From an uncultured archaeon (GTDB taxonomy: Archaea; Asgardarchaeota; Lokiarchaeia; Sigyniarchaeales; Promethearchaeaceae): a DNA stretch of 16,696 bases. Position 1 is the first letter of the stretch. Every line of letters starts with the position of its first letter. Shown here in pieces: positions 8,468 to 16,696 of the stretch. The DNA lies in contig CAYRPF010000072.1 of assembly GCA_964426185.1 (NCBI GenBank), forward strand, positions 1 to 16,696. The letters are read 5' to 3'. The notes below the pieces were generated by a model. The model made no database searches. It was given only the letters and a program-made list of their open reading frames with translations, and was not told where the DNA came from. The translations under genes and the position numbers were made by a program.

Positions 8468-9674
8468 TCTCAAAAATGGTAAAATTATTTCATGTGATAA
8501 AAATCATACTATCTATGAATCAGGAACAATTTTAATTGAAAATGGAAAAATCAAGTCAATTATTTCTTCAGATGAGGAAATTCCTGCTGATTTTGAAATT
8601 TTTGATGCAACCAACCGTGTAATTACCCCTGGGTTTATTGATTCTCATACCCATCAAGGAGTATTTGACGGAAGTGTAGGTCGAATGGGTTATGATGCAA
8701 ATGAAGCCACAAACCCAAGCACACCCATGGTTCGGGTAATTGACGCCATTAACATCGAAGATCCGGCATTTGAAGAAGCTATCCAAGGAGGCGTAACTAC
8801 CATCAATACTGGACCTGGTTCTGCAAATGTTATTGGAGGACAATTCGCAATATTAAAGACATTTGCAAAATCGCATGTTGTTGATGATTATGTTATAAAA
8901 GCTCCCTCTGCCCTAAAAGCGGCTTTAGGTGAAAATCCAAAAAGAGTTTACGGCAGTGATAAAAAATTACCCAGTACACGCATGGGAATTGCAGCTGTGT
9001 TTCGAAAAGCATTTTTAGAAGCCCAAGAATACGGGAAAAAATGGGATGATTACCATCAAAAGAAAGAATTATTCACCCAAAAAGGTGAGTTGGATAAGAT
9101 TCCACCTGAACCAGAACGAAATTTAGATAAGGAAATGTTGCTTCGGGTACTGAAAAGAGAAATACCCATTCATATTCACTGTCATCAACACAATGATATT
9201 GTAACGGCTGTCCGATTGGCTGAAGAGTTTAACCTCCGTTTAATGATAGTTCATGCAACTGAAGGGCATAAAATTGCTGAATTTCTAGCTGATAAGCAAA
9301 TACAAGTTTCTGTAGGTCCCAGCTTGGTTGGCTATGAGAAAAGCGAACTTCGGGATATCTCTTTTAAAACACCCAGCCAACTTTTTAAAGCCAATGTTAA
9401 ATTTGCCATTCAAAGTGATACATTCCCGCGCCTCCTTTACTTCCAAATTCTGCCTTGCATGGCGGCTAAATATGGATTACCCATTGAAGAAGCCTTACGA
9501 GCTGTTACCATTAATGCTGCGGAAGTTTTAGGCATTCAGGACCAAGTTGGCTCTGTTGAACCAGGGAAAGATGCAGATTTAGTGGTGTGGACTGATCATC
9601 CCGTGCAGAATTTTTACGCACATGTGCTGTTAACCATGGTCAAGGGCGATGTTGCATATAAATATTCAGAATAG
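8445..9674 (+). CDS. Metal-dependent amidohydrolase (imidazolonepropionase-like, TIM-barrel superfamily)
   Basis: PGFIDSHTH (HxH), GGVTT, PGSANVIGG, KAALGENPK, HCH, HATEG, SD, AVTINAAEVLG, GSVEPGKDADLVVW. Start is GTG 8445 or TTG 8457 (GAAGGT upstream of the latter). Confidence 0.93.
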   Translation: MKVILNYALKNGKIISCDKNHTIYESGTILIENGKIKSIISSDEEIPADFEIFDATNRVITPGFIDSHTHQGVFDGSVGRMGYDANEATNPSTPMVRVIDAINIEDPAFEEAIQGGVTTINTGPGSANVIGGQFAILKTFAKSHVVDDYVIKAPSALKAALGENPKRVYGSDKKLPSTRMGIAAVFRKAFLEAQEYGKKWDDYHQKKELFTQKGELDKIPPEPERNLDKEMLLRVLKREIPIHIHCHQHNDIVTAVRLAEEFNLRLMIVHATEGHKIAEFLADKQIQVSVGPSLVGYEKSELRDISFKTPSQLFKANVKFAIQSDTFPRLLYFQILPCMAAKYGLPIEEALRAVTINAAEVLGIQDQVGSVEPGKDADLVVWTDHPVQNFYAHVLLTMVKGDVAYKYSE

Positions 9675-9688
9675 AAAGATAGAATTAG

Positions 9689-9709
9689 GAAAAAAAAATC
9701 TCTTTTTTC
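9689..9709. terminator. Probable bidirectional U-tract terminator between convergent amidohydrolase and thermosome genes
   Basis: GAAAAAAAAATCTCTTTTTTC: an A-tract then a T-tract, so each strand has a U-run downstream of its stop codon. Confidence 0.5.
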
Positions 9710-9727
9710 GTTATTTTATATATAATT

Positions 9728-11374
9728 TTACATCATTCCAGGAGGCATACCACCCATTCCTCCCATTCCGCCTGGAGGACCGCCTGCGCTGGCCTTAGCT
9801 TTGATCATATCATCGATCCGTAGGATCATTACAGATAATTCTGTGGCGGATTTGATGATTTGATCAATATTTGCCACTGGTTCGATGACTCCAGATTCTT
9901 TATTGTTTACAACCTTGTTTTGATAGATGTCCAAACCCATAAATGCATTACCTGGTTTGGAATGGGCTGTACGAAGTTCAGCAACAATATTAATTGGGTC
10001 TAAACCAGCATTTTCAGCTAAGGTGATTGGAATGATTTCCATAGCTCGAGCAAAAGTCTCAATGGCTATTTGTTCTTTACCAGATTGTTTGGCTGCAAAA
10101 TTGATTAAACGTTGAGAAAGTTCCATTTCTACAGCTCCACCACCGCCAACAATCTCAGCCCGGTCATAAGTTGTAGCAACCACACATAATGCATCGTGCA
10201 AAGTACGTCCGGCTTCTTCTAAAGCGCTGTTCACACCCGCACGGAGCAAAATTGAAATTGCTTTGGGATTTTCGCATCCTGAAATAAAACACAAGTCATC
10301 GCCTGCAACTTTTTTGAATTCAACATGCTTTGCTTTACCTAAATCAGCCGCAGTGATTGATTCTATATTTTCAACGATTTTTCCGCCTACAGCTTTTCGT
10401 AATTTCTCCAAATCACTCTTGGTTACCGATTTAATGGCTACAATGCCGTATTTATTCAAGAAATGAGACGCAGTATCTTCAATTCCCTTTTGGTTAATAA
10501 CCACATTGGCGCCGGCTTCTTTTAGTTTATCGGCAAAGTGGCGCAAAATCTGCTCTTCTTGGTCTAAAAAGGATTGAATGTCATTTGGATCGGAAATTCG
10601 CAAATCGCTGGAAAACTCTGTCTTTTTAATCTCAAATGCTTGATTAATCAAGGCAATTTTTGCATCCGTGATATTTCTGGGCATCATTTGATGGGTAGGC
10701 TCTTTTTCTAAAATTACTCCTTCGATTATTTGTGATTCTTTTATTGAACGACCTTTTTTCTTAACCACCATGATATCCTTGACTCTGGCCATGTTATTGG
10801 TTCCAGATTCAGAACGGATTTTGCTGAAGGCTTCTACCGCTAATTCTGCAAAGAAGTCCTTATTGCCGCTGATTCCCTTGGAATTCATAGTTGTAATTGC
10901 TACTTTCTTGAGAATGTCCTTGTCGTTATCAGGATCGATTTTTTCCGCAATGGATTTTAAAATTTCACGGGCTTTCTTACCCGCTTGATTAAATCCTCGT
11001 GCAATAATACTCGGATGGATACCTTGAGACATTAATTCATTAGCAACTGTGAGTAAATGACCCGCAATAATCACACTACTAGTAGTACCGTCTCCGACGT
11101 TATCGTCTTGAGTTTTAGAAATTGATACTGCCATTTTAGCCCCTGGATGTTGAACATCAAGGTTGTCTAAAATTGTGGCACCATCATTGGTTACAGTTAT
11201 ATCACCTAATGAATCAACCAACATCTTGTCCATTCCACGAGGACCTAGAGTTGATTTAACAGCTTCAGCTACTGCTTGAATGGCAAAAATATTTTTTTCC
11301 CGAGCATCTTGACCTTTCGAGCGCTCGGTACCTTCCTTAAGCAATAATATTGGTACACCGCCTAATTGTGACAT
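9728..11374 (-). CDS. ths: Thermosome subunit (group II chaperonin, TCP-1/CCT family)
   Basis: [59 protein letters not shown], and a GGM-rich C-tail. SD-like GAGGT upstream. Confidence 0.98.
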   Translation of the reverse strand: MSQLGGVPILLLKEGTERSKGQDAREKNIFAIQAVAEAVKSTLGPRGMDKMLVDSLGDITVTNDGATILDNLDVQHPGAKMAVSISKTQDDNVGDGTTSSVIIAGHLLTVANELMSQGIHPSIIARGFNQAGKKAREILKSIAEKIDPDNDKDILKKVAITTMNSKGISGNKDFFAELAVEAFSKIRSESGTNNMARVKDIMVVKKKGRSIKESQIIEGVILEKEPTHQMMPRNITDAKIALINQAFEIKKTEFSSDLRISDPNDIQSFLDQEEQILRHFADKLKEAGANVVINQKGIEDTASHFLNKYGIVAIKSVTKSDLEKLRKAVGGKIVENIESITAADLGKAKHVEFKKVAGDDLCFISGCENPKAISILLRAGVNSALEEAGRTLHDALCVVATTYDRAEIVGGGGAVEMELSQRLINFAAKQSGKEQIAIETFARAMEIIPITLAENAGLDPINIVAELRTAHSKPGNAFMGLDIYQNKVVNNKESGVIEPVANIDQIIKSATELSVMILRIDDMIKAKASAGGPPGGMGGMGGMPPGMM

Positions 11375-11541
11375 TGTTTTTACCTCTTGTGTTTAATTTT
11401 GGTTCTTTCTCCATTTTTAATTATGGGATTAAGTAGAACAATACTTAAGGAAGTCTAAGTCACCAAAAATTAAAAATGCTTCGCTTATTTACAGTCGATT
11501 TTAAGTGTGTGGGCGAGTTACTTATTTTATTCCTTCTTAAA

Positions 11542-11593
11542 GGTGGAAAAAAAGGTTAAATAGGGTGGAAAAAAAGGTTAAATAGGGTGGAAA
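11542..11593 (+). repeat. 22-bp tandem repeat (GGTGGAAAAAAAGGTTAAATAG x2 plus partial GGTGGAAA) containing a BRE/TATA-like element upstream of yggS
   Basis: Identical copies at 11542-11563 and 11564-11585, partial copy at 11586-11593. Confidence 0.95.
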
Positions 11594-11598
11594 TTGCA

Positions 11599-12255
11599 AT
11601 GTCTCTTAAAAATTGGGATGAAATGATCCGAAATAATCTTGCTCAAATTAAAATTCCAAAAAGTGTCACATTAGTGGCAGTGTCAAAACGAAAACCGGTG
11701 AAATCAATCCGTGTTGCGTATAAATATGGTGTGCGTGATTTTGGTGAGAATTACCTGCAAGATGCCATTCCTAAAATTCAAGCTTTACAAGATTTACCCG
11801 ATATTAGGTGGCACTATATAGGGCACATCCAATCGAACAAGATTAAAGAGATTGTCAAGTATTTTGATATGGTTCAGTCAGTAGATCGGAAAAAAGTGCT
11901 CCTTAAAATGCAAAATACCTGTGAAATGCAAGAAAAGACACTTCCTATCTTGATACAAATTAATATTGGAAAAGAACCACAGAAAAGTGGGATATTTCCT
12001 GAAAATTTGGCTGAATTTCTGCAAGAGTGTGAACATTATTCTCGACTTAAAGTTCAAGGCTTGATGGGCATTCCCCCCGTAAATTGTGATCCAAGACCAT
12101 ATTTTGAAGAGATGCATAAATTATTTCAGCAATATAAAACTGAATTTGGGTTAACAACTTTAAGTATGGGTATGAGCCATGATTATCAGTTAGCCGTGGA
12201 AAGCGGTGCTACCATGGTAAGGATTGGGACTTCGATTTTCGGCCCTCGTGATTAA
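11599..12255 (+). CDS. yggS: Pyridoxal phosphate homeostasis protein (YggS/PLPBP/PROSC family)
   Basis: LVAVSK (PLP lysine), FGENYLQD, WHYIGHIQSNK, QINIGKEPQKSG, GLMGIP, LSMGMSHDY, GATMVRIGTSIFG. ATG 11599 preferred over GTG 11587, which lies inside the repeat. Confidence 0.97.
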   Translation: MSLKNWDEMIRNNLAQIKIPKSVTLVAVSKRKPVKSIRVAYKYGVRDFGENYLQDAIPKIQALQDLPDIRWHYIGHIQSNKIKEIVKYFDMVQSVDRKKVLLKMQNTCEMQEKTLPILIQINIGKEPQKSGIFPENLAEFLQECEHYSRLKVQGLMGIPPVNCDPRPYFEEMHKLFQQYKTEFGLTTLSMGMSHDYQLAVESGATMVRIGTSIFGPRD

Positions 12256-12325
12256 AAATAAAAAAAACGCCAAAGTGTTAAAAAGTTGAAAAACGATTGT
12301 TAATGTAAATGTAAAGGTGTTTATA

Positions 12326-13792
12326 ATGGTTGATCCAGAAAAAAAGAATGAACAAAAAAAAATATTGGAAGAGATTAAGAAAGGTCCAGCACTGCAGAAA
12401 GTCGATGAAAGAGAAATTCAAGAATTACAAGCTCAGCGTTCAGAACGCATGAAGGAAATTGATCAGTTGAAAGAATTATATCAAAATGCACAATCTATAA
12501 TCCAAGAAATACATAAATCTACAGCAAATTTGGCTCCAATTCCAAAAAATGAAAAACAAGAATATGAAGAAGCCAAAGAGAGACGTCTTAGATCAATAAA
12601 TAAACTAAGAGAAACGATAGAACTCAGCAAGAAACTGATTCAAGAGATCCAAAATAAAACTTCTCTTCAAGTTATTAGCGAAAAAGAACGCGAAGAACAC
12701 GAACGAATCAAAGCACAACGTTTATCTATGATTCGAGCTGCCAATAAGCATCTTCTTAATTTTTCTTCAGTCCTAGATGAACTATCTGAAAATCCAATGA
12801 GTGTTCTAACACCCGTCAATCGCAGTGAGTTAGAAGATTATCAAGCGAAAAAAGCAAAACGATTGAAAGAATTGACCATTGCAGAGCGTCAACTTCAAAA
12901 TTTTGCAACTATATTAGAAGAGATCTCAGTTAATCCACCACAATTGCAACAAATCGATGAAACTGAGCAACAAGAACTTGAACAACAACGTCAAGAAAGA
13001 TTACAAAAAACGGCAAACCTTAAATCTCGAATAGAAATGGCCGAACACTTACTTGATGATATTGTATCAACATTGAAATTATCTCCAGATCAAAAAGAGG
13101 AATTCTGGAAAGAATTAATCGAAAAATTCGAGGTTGCTTCTTCTTATTTAAACAGGTTAGATCCAGAAAAAGTAAGTAAACTTAAAGAAATCACCGGATT
13201 GAAGCAAAAAATTGAAAAAATTCCTGGTTTATTTCAAGAAATTAAGCAGCAAAAACTGAACCCTCCAGATCCTGAAGAAAGAGAAGCTTATGAAAAAGCA
13301 AAAGCATCTCGATTGAAATCAATTCAAGAATTAAAGGGAAAAATAATTGCGAAATTCGATGTCAGCAATGAGTTACTTAAAGAAATTCAATCGACACCCA
13401 AATTACAAAGTATTCCTCTCCAAGATATTCGATCATATGAACTTGATAAAATGAAACGTCAAAATGATATCATTCAGTTGAAAAGTCATTTAACTGTTTT
13501 AGATGAGCTGATAAGTAAAGTAAAAGAAGGTTTGAAATTAACGGAAATTAATCCCAATGAAATTCAAAAATACCAAAAGGAAAAAGAGAAACGACTTAAG
13601 GATTTAGCTGCGTTTCAATATAAATTGGACGTTTTAGGTGAATTAATGGAGATATCTGAAAATAACACTTTACTATCTCAGATAGATCAAGATCAACAAC
13701 AAGAATACCTAAATCGAAAAGAAGAAAGAATGGAAGAAATCAAAAAAATGAAGGAACAACTGCGCAAGATGAAATTGCCTGTAGATGAATAA
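12326..13792 (+). CDS. Tandem-repeat helical protein, about 10 units of ~45-47 aa, each starting with a WH2/beta-thymosin-like motif
   Basis: Consensus [IL][ILF]xEI-x4-6-Lxx[IVP]-x3-E-x2-E[YL]-x3-[KR]xxR[LM]xx[IL]. The first five units start at ORF-track residues 16, 61, 107, 152 and 199. ATG 12326 is preceded by AAGGTG. The CDS and the repeats are secure; the WH2 call is a hypothesis. Confidence 0.8.
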   Translation: MVDPEKKNEQKKILEEIKKGPALQKVDEREIQELQAQRSERMKEIDQLKELYQNAQSIIQEIHKSTANLAPIPKNEKQEYEEAKERRLRSINKLRETIELSKKLIQEIQNKTSLQVISEKEREEHERIKAQRLSMIRAANKHLLNFSSVLDELSENPMSVLTPVNRSELEDYQAKKAKRLKELTIAERQLQNFATILEEISVNPPQLQQIDETEQQELEQQRQERLQKTANLKSRIEMAEHLLDDIVSTLKLSPDQKEEFWKELIEKFEVASSYLNRLDPEKVSKLKEITGLKQKIEKIPGLFQEIKQQKLNPPDPEEREAYEKAKASRLKSIQELKGKIIAKFDVSNELLKEIQSTPKLQSIPLQDIRSYELDKMKRQNDIIQLKSHLTVLDELISKVKEGLKLTEINPNEIQKYQKEKEKRLKDLAAFQYKLDVLGELMEISENNTLLSQIDQDQQQEYLNRKEERMEEIKKMKEQLRKMKLPVDE

Positions 13793-13806
13793 ATTTTTTC
13801 TTTTCT

Positions 13807-15198
13807 TTATATGATATTACCGCGCTCCATATTTCGTCCCACATCAAGAATCATATCCACTTTTTCAGGTTTGATGGGGGGGCCTTCTTTTATCTGTATA
13901 TTATCTTTCACTTTGCGACCAAAGGTTATAAATCCATAATTGGGTAAAATTTGAGAGTATGTGATGCCTTTAGCCAAATCTACTTTTATTTCACGCTTAA
14001 TGATTTCAGAAGTAGAAAGATCATAAAAATTAGCTTTGTGAAGAGTTAGATGAAATTGTTTTGCATGTTCAAGATCTGAATGGATTCCGCAAAATACACC
14101 CCCATTTCTCAATATACCGATTGATTTTGAGAATAAGGGTTCCGAAAAACAATTATCTAAGCAAATTATGTCGAATTCTGATGTGTCTTGATTCTCAGCC
14201 ACCTCGGAAAAATCTTCCATATCTTCATTATTTGAGATATCTTGAAAAGTTATATTATTGGTGTTCTGAAACCAAAGGGTCAAAATTTGTTGTAATTGAG
14301 ATCTATCCTTAGTAAGTATCAAAATTTTACGATCGAGGGTAAATTGCGCATAAATGAATAAGTTTCCCAGATTCTCTGGAGAATAAAGGTCATCAAAGCC
14401 AATTTCTTGCAGTTTTTTATCAACTGAAGAAAAAGCCCCATAAGTCATATATCCAGTATGTCCAACCATTCGTCCCAAGGGTCGAGTTGCATTTTGCTTG
14501 ACTTGATAGAATCTCTTCATTAATTCGAATGTTTTATACCACTGAAATTGGTTTTGAATTAATGCATTGATATTTTTCTTAACTTGTTCCAAAGTTGGGC
14601 TGAAAAGGCAAATTCGACCCTTTACAGGATCTAAATATTTCTTAACACGTGGAACAGCTAGCCAAGGAGTTGCTAGATCCAACATGATAAAATTGATATT
14701 TTCAAAGTTATAATCTTTTTCAAGTATATTTCCCAAATCTACTGTAGTATGCTCTTTCATACCCATATGTTCAATATTTTTCTTTGCCTGTTTTAAGGCG
14801 GATTCGCGGATATCAAAACTATAAATATGCCCGTCTGGTTGAGAAAAATTGGCTAAAATACCAGTTACTGTTCCACTTCCAGTTCCTGCTTCGAGAATTT
14901 GAGAGTTAGGTCTCGCATTACCATAAATTAAGATCGATCCAATATCTTCAGGATAAATTATCTGACTTTGTCTTTTCATATGAAAAATAAAATCACTTAG
15001 TAGTGGTCTTAAAATTGCCACTTTTCTATGATAAGGTGAAAGTAGAAAGGTTTGACCAGGATGTTTTCCTATTACATCTTTAAAGTCAATAAATCCTTTA
15101 TCACTGTGAAATTGTTGTGTGGGATTAGCAGTTCTGATCCATTTTCTATGATGATCAAGAATTAGGTAAATTCTTTCCCCCGCGCGAATTGGTTGCAT
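13807..15198 (-). CDS. trmI: tRNA (adenine-57/58-N1)-methyltransferase TrmI/Trm61-like, with a C-terminal degenerate duplicate MTase domain
   Basis: FHSDKGFI N-domain, MKRQSQIIYPEDIG, ILEAGTGSG, YSFDIRE, LDLATPW, FSPTLEQV, TRPLGRMVGHTGY. Likely start ATG 15198 (MQPIRAGERI); the upstream in-frame extension to 15306 does not look like TrmI. Confidence 0.92.
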   Translation of the reverse strand: MQPIRAGERIYLILDHHRKWIRTANPTQQFHSDKGFIDFKDVIGKHPGQTFLLSPYHRKVAILRPLLSDFIFHMKRQSQIIYPEDIGSILIYGNARPNSQILEAGTGSGTVTGILANFSQPDGHIYSFDIRESALKQAKKNIEHMGMKEHTTVDLGNILEKDYNFENINFIMLDLATPWLAVPRVKKYLDPVKGRICLFSPTLEQVKKNINALIQNQFQWYKTFELMKRFYQVKQNATRPLGRMVGHTGYMTYGAFSSVDKKLQEIGFDDLYSPENLGNLFIYAQFTLDRKILILTKDRSQLQQILTLWFQNTNNITFQDISNNEDMEDFSEVAENQDTSEFDIICLDNCFSEPLFSKSIGILRNGGVFCGIHSDLEHAKQFHLTLHKANFYDLSTSEIIKREIKVDLAKGITYSQILPNYGFITFGRKVKDNIQIKEGPPIKPEKVDMILDVGRNMERGNII

Positions 15199-15396
15199 TG
15201 TTATTTCAAATGGTTGAAAGGCAAAAAATTTTTGTAATAATATTAGAGCTGGCAGAGAATCCGTAAAGTTAATAATTAATCCAAACCTTTCGGAAGATGA
15301 TCTCATCTTGAATTTTTTTACTTAAATTTATCAGATGAGAGCCATTTGATGATAGAAAAAAATATCGTTTGACGATATATTTTGGGTGCCTAGTAA

Positions 15397-16671
15397 ATGT
15401 ATAATCAAAATGAACCGGAAGATGAAGTCCCTCAGCCCGAAGAAGAGAAATCTTCAGAAGAAAATGAAACTGAGATTGAGGACTCATCTGATGATGAAGA
15501 AATTGCCGAAATAGATCCTGAAAAGGATGCCGAACTACAAGAATCACTAGATCGTGAAGCGGAAAGCTTGTTGGCTGAAGAAGACGAAGATGAAATAGAA
15601 GAAGAAGAAATAGAAGAAGAAGAAATAGTAGAAGAAGAAATAGTAGAAGAAGAATCAGAAAAAGAAGCCAGCCAAGACTCATCCAAAGAAGAAACCAAAT
15701 CTGAATCTACTGAGGAAAAAAAATCAAAAGGAAAAAAGCGTCGGCGGAAACAAAAACAACCAAAAATTGATTTGAACAAAAATCCTAAAATTAAACGGAT
15801 AGTTCAAGAATCTGAACGGCTTGAAGATGCTAATGAACTTAAAGAATTACGTGATGCGCATAACGATGGTACACGTGACTTAATTAACAAAATCAAGAAA
15901 ATTCAAATTGAAATTTCTAATGTCCGGAATCAAGCTTTAGATTATCGCATGAAACGTGATCAATTAAATAAACAAGTTCAAGAAATTAAAGCTAAAAAAA
16001 CAAAATTGGTTGAGTTCTTAAATGATTCTCGCTCTGCTTTGAAGAAAGCTAAAAGTGATGCAAAACAGAGCCCAGAAGGTCAAAATTCACGAAAAGTTGG
16101 TGCCCAAATCGGAAAAATCCGTCGGAAAATTGAATTTTTAGAAAAACAAATTGAAACAGAAGATTTGGATATTCATAAAGAGAACGAGATTGTAGATGAA
16201 ATTGATAAACTTGAGCGAACTTTGCAGGAACTTATGAAAGAAAATCGTAAGCCCAAACAATTCAAAGAAGAAATTGACAATATTCGCAAATATCGTAAAG
16301 AACTCGCAGAAATTAATGATGAACTTCGCAAATCCGCGGAAGAATCCCAGAATTATCATTTATTATATTTAGATTGTAGTAAGGAAATTGATGAACTTAG
16401 ACGTGAAAAGCGCAATTTACAACGAGAATTGAATGAAAATCGTTACATTGCAGATATTTATCATCAGCGCTTAATTGAAGTATCCCAACGCTTAAATAGA
16501 AGAAAACGCCTTACTCAAAAAGCTCAATACCAAAATAAGAAGAAGATAAAAAAGGAAATTCAGCGCTTAACTTTAGAAGATGCAAAAGACAAGCTAAAGA
16601 AAGGTGCAAAATTGAATATATTTGAAGCACGCGCCTTTTTGGAAGAAAAGGCAAATAAAGCAGAAAAATAA
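15397..16671 (+). CDS. Archaeal coiled-coil protein (COG1340-like) with long acidic N-terminal extension
   Basis: KRDQLNKQVQEIK, IRRKIEFLEKQIETEDLDIHKENEIVDEI, AEESQNYH, ADIYHQ and C-terminal AKDKLKKGAKLNIFE fit the COG1340 pattern. The first ~105 aa are strongly E/D-rich. Confidence 0.8.
   Translation: MYNQNEPEDEVPQPEEEKSSEENETEIEDSSDDEEIAEIDPEKDAELQESLDREAESLLAEEDEDEIEEEEIEEEEIVEEEIVEEESEKEASQDSSKEETKSESTEEKKSKGKKRRRKQKQPKIDLNKNPKIKRIVQESERLEDANELKELRDAHNDGTRDLINKIKKIQIEISNVRNQALDYRMKRDQLNKQVQEIKAKKTKLVEFLNDSRSALKKAKSDAKQSPEGQNSRKVGAQIGKIRRKIEFLEKQIETEDLDIHKENEIVDEIDKLERTLQELMKENRKPKQFKEEIDNIRKYRKELAEINDELRKSAEESQNYHLLYLDCSKEIDELRREKRNLQRELNENRYIADIYHQRLIEVSQRLNRRKRLTQKAQYQNKKKIKKEIQRLTLEDAKDKLKKGAKLNIFEARAFLEEKANKAEK
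15592..15651 (+). repeat. Intragenic 15-bp tandem repeat x4 encoding EI[E/V]EE
   Basis: GAAATAGAAGAAGAA x2 followed by GAAATAGTAGAAGAA x2. Confidence 0.9.
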
Positions 16672-16696
16672 ACTGCTAAAAATTATTTCTTTATTT

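Noticed and set aside
8420-11593. The two 22-bp repeats as CRISPR remnants or transposon target-site duplications
   Set aside because: Each has only two full copies, with 0-4 nt spacing. The two repeats are unrelated in sequence, and there are no cas or transposase genes.
12326-13792. Repeat protein as an SMC/Rad50, ESCRT-III or plain coiled coil
   Set aside because: There are no Walker motifs or hinge, and the helices are broken every ~46 aa by a Pro-containing or extended linker.
15199-15306. 36-aa hydrophobic N-terminal extension of TrmI in the ORF track
   Set aside because: TrmI similarity begins at MQPIRAGERI (ATG 15198). The extension is probably part of the divergent promoter region.
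15269-15779. Antisense ORFs rich in Leu (15269-15682) and Ser (15432-15779)
   Set aside because: They are mirror translations of the GAA-rich acidic tract of the + strand gene.

Overview
AT-rich archaeal window with 13 complete CDS. No rRNA, tRNA, CRISPR array or mobile element was seen. The gene set and style (group II chaperonin, Cdc48/VCP with an HbYX tail, Phr-type regulator, COG1340 coiled-coil, eukaryote-like GK5-type kinase, stand-alone 7TM protein) suggest an Asgard archaeon, probably Lokiarchaeia; this is inference. Contents: a cdc48-phr heat-shock pair (-), a 7TM membrane protein (-), a GK5-like FGGY kinase (+), a DUF2268-like HExxH metalloprotease (-), a small hypothetical protein (-), a 4TM zinc-ribbon protein (-), an amidohydrolase (+), a thermosome subunit (-), YggS/PLPBP (+), a 488-aa protein built from about 10 repeats of ~45-47 aa (+), a TrmI-like tRNA m1A methyltransferase (-) and an acidic-tailed COG1340 coiled-coil protein (+). 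Two observations stand out. (1) Each unit of the repeat protein starts with a WH2/beta-thymosin-like signature (unit 1: KKILEEIKKGPALQKV), making it a candidate tandem actin-monomer-binding or nucleating protein. (2) The TrmI carries a second, degenerate methyltransferase domain in the same chain, paralleling the eukaryotic Trm61/Trm6 active/inactive pair. All family assignments come from motif recognition by eye; no search was run.
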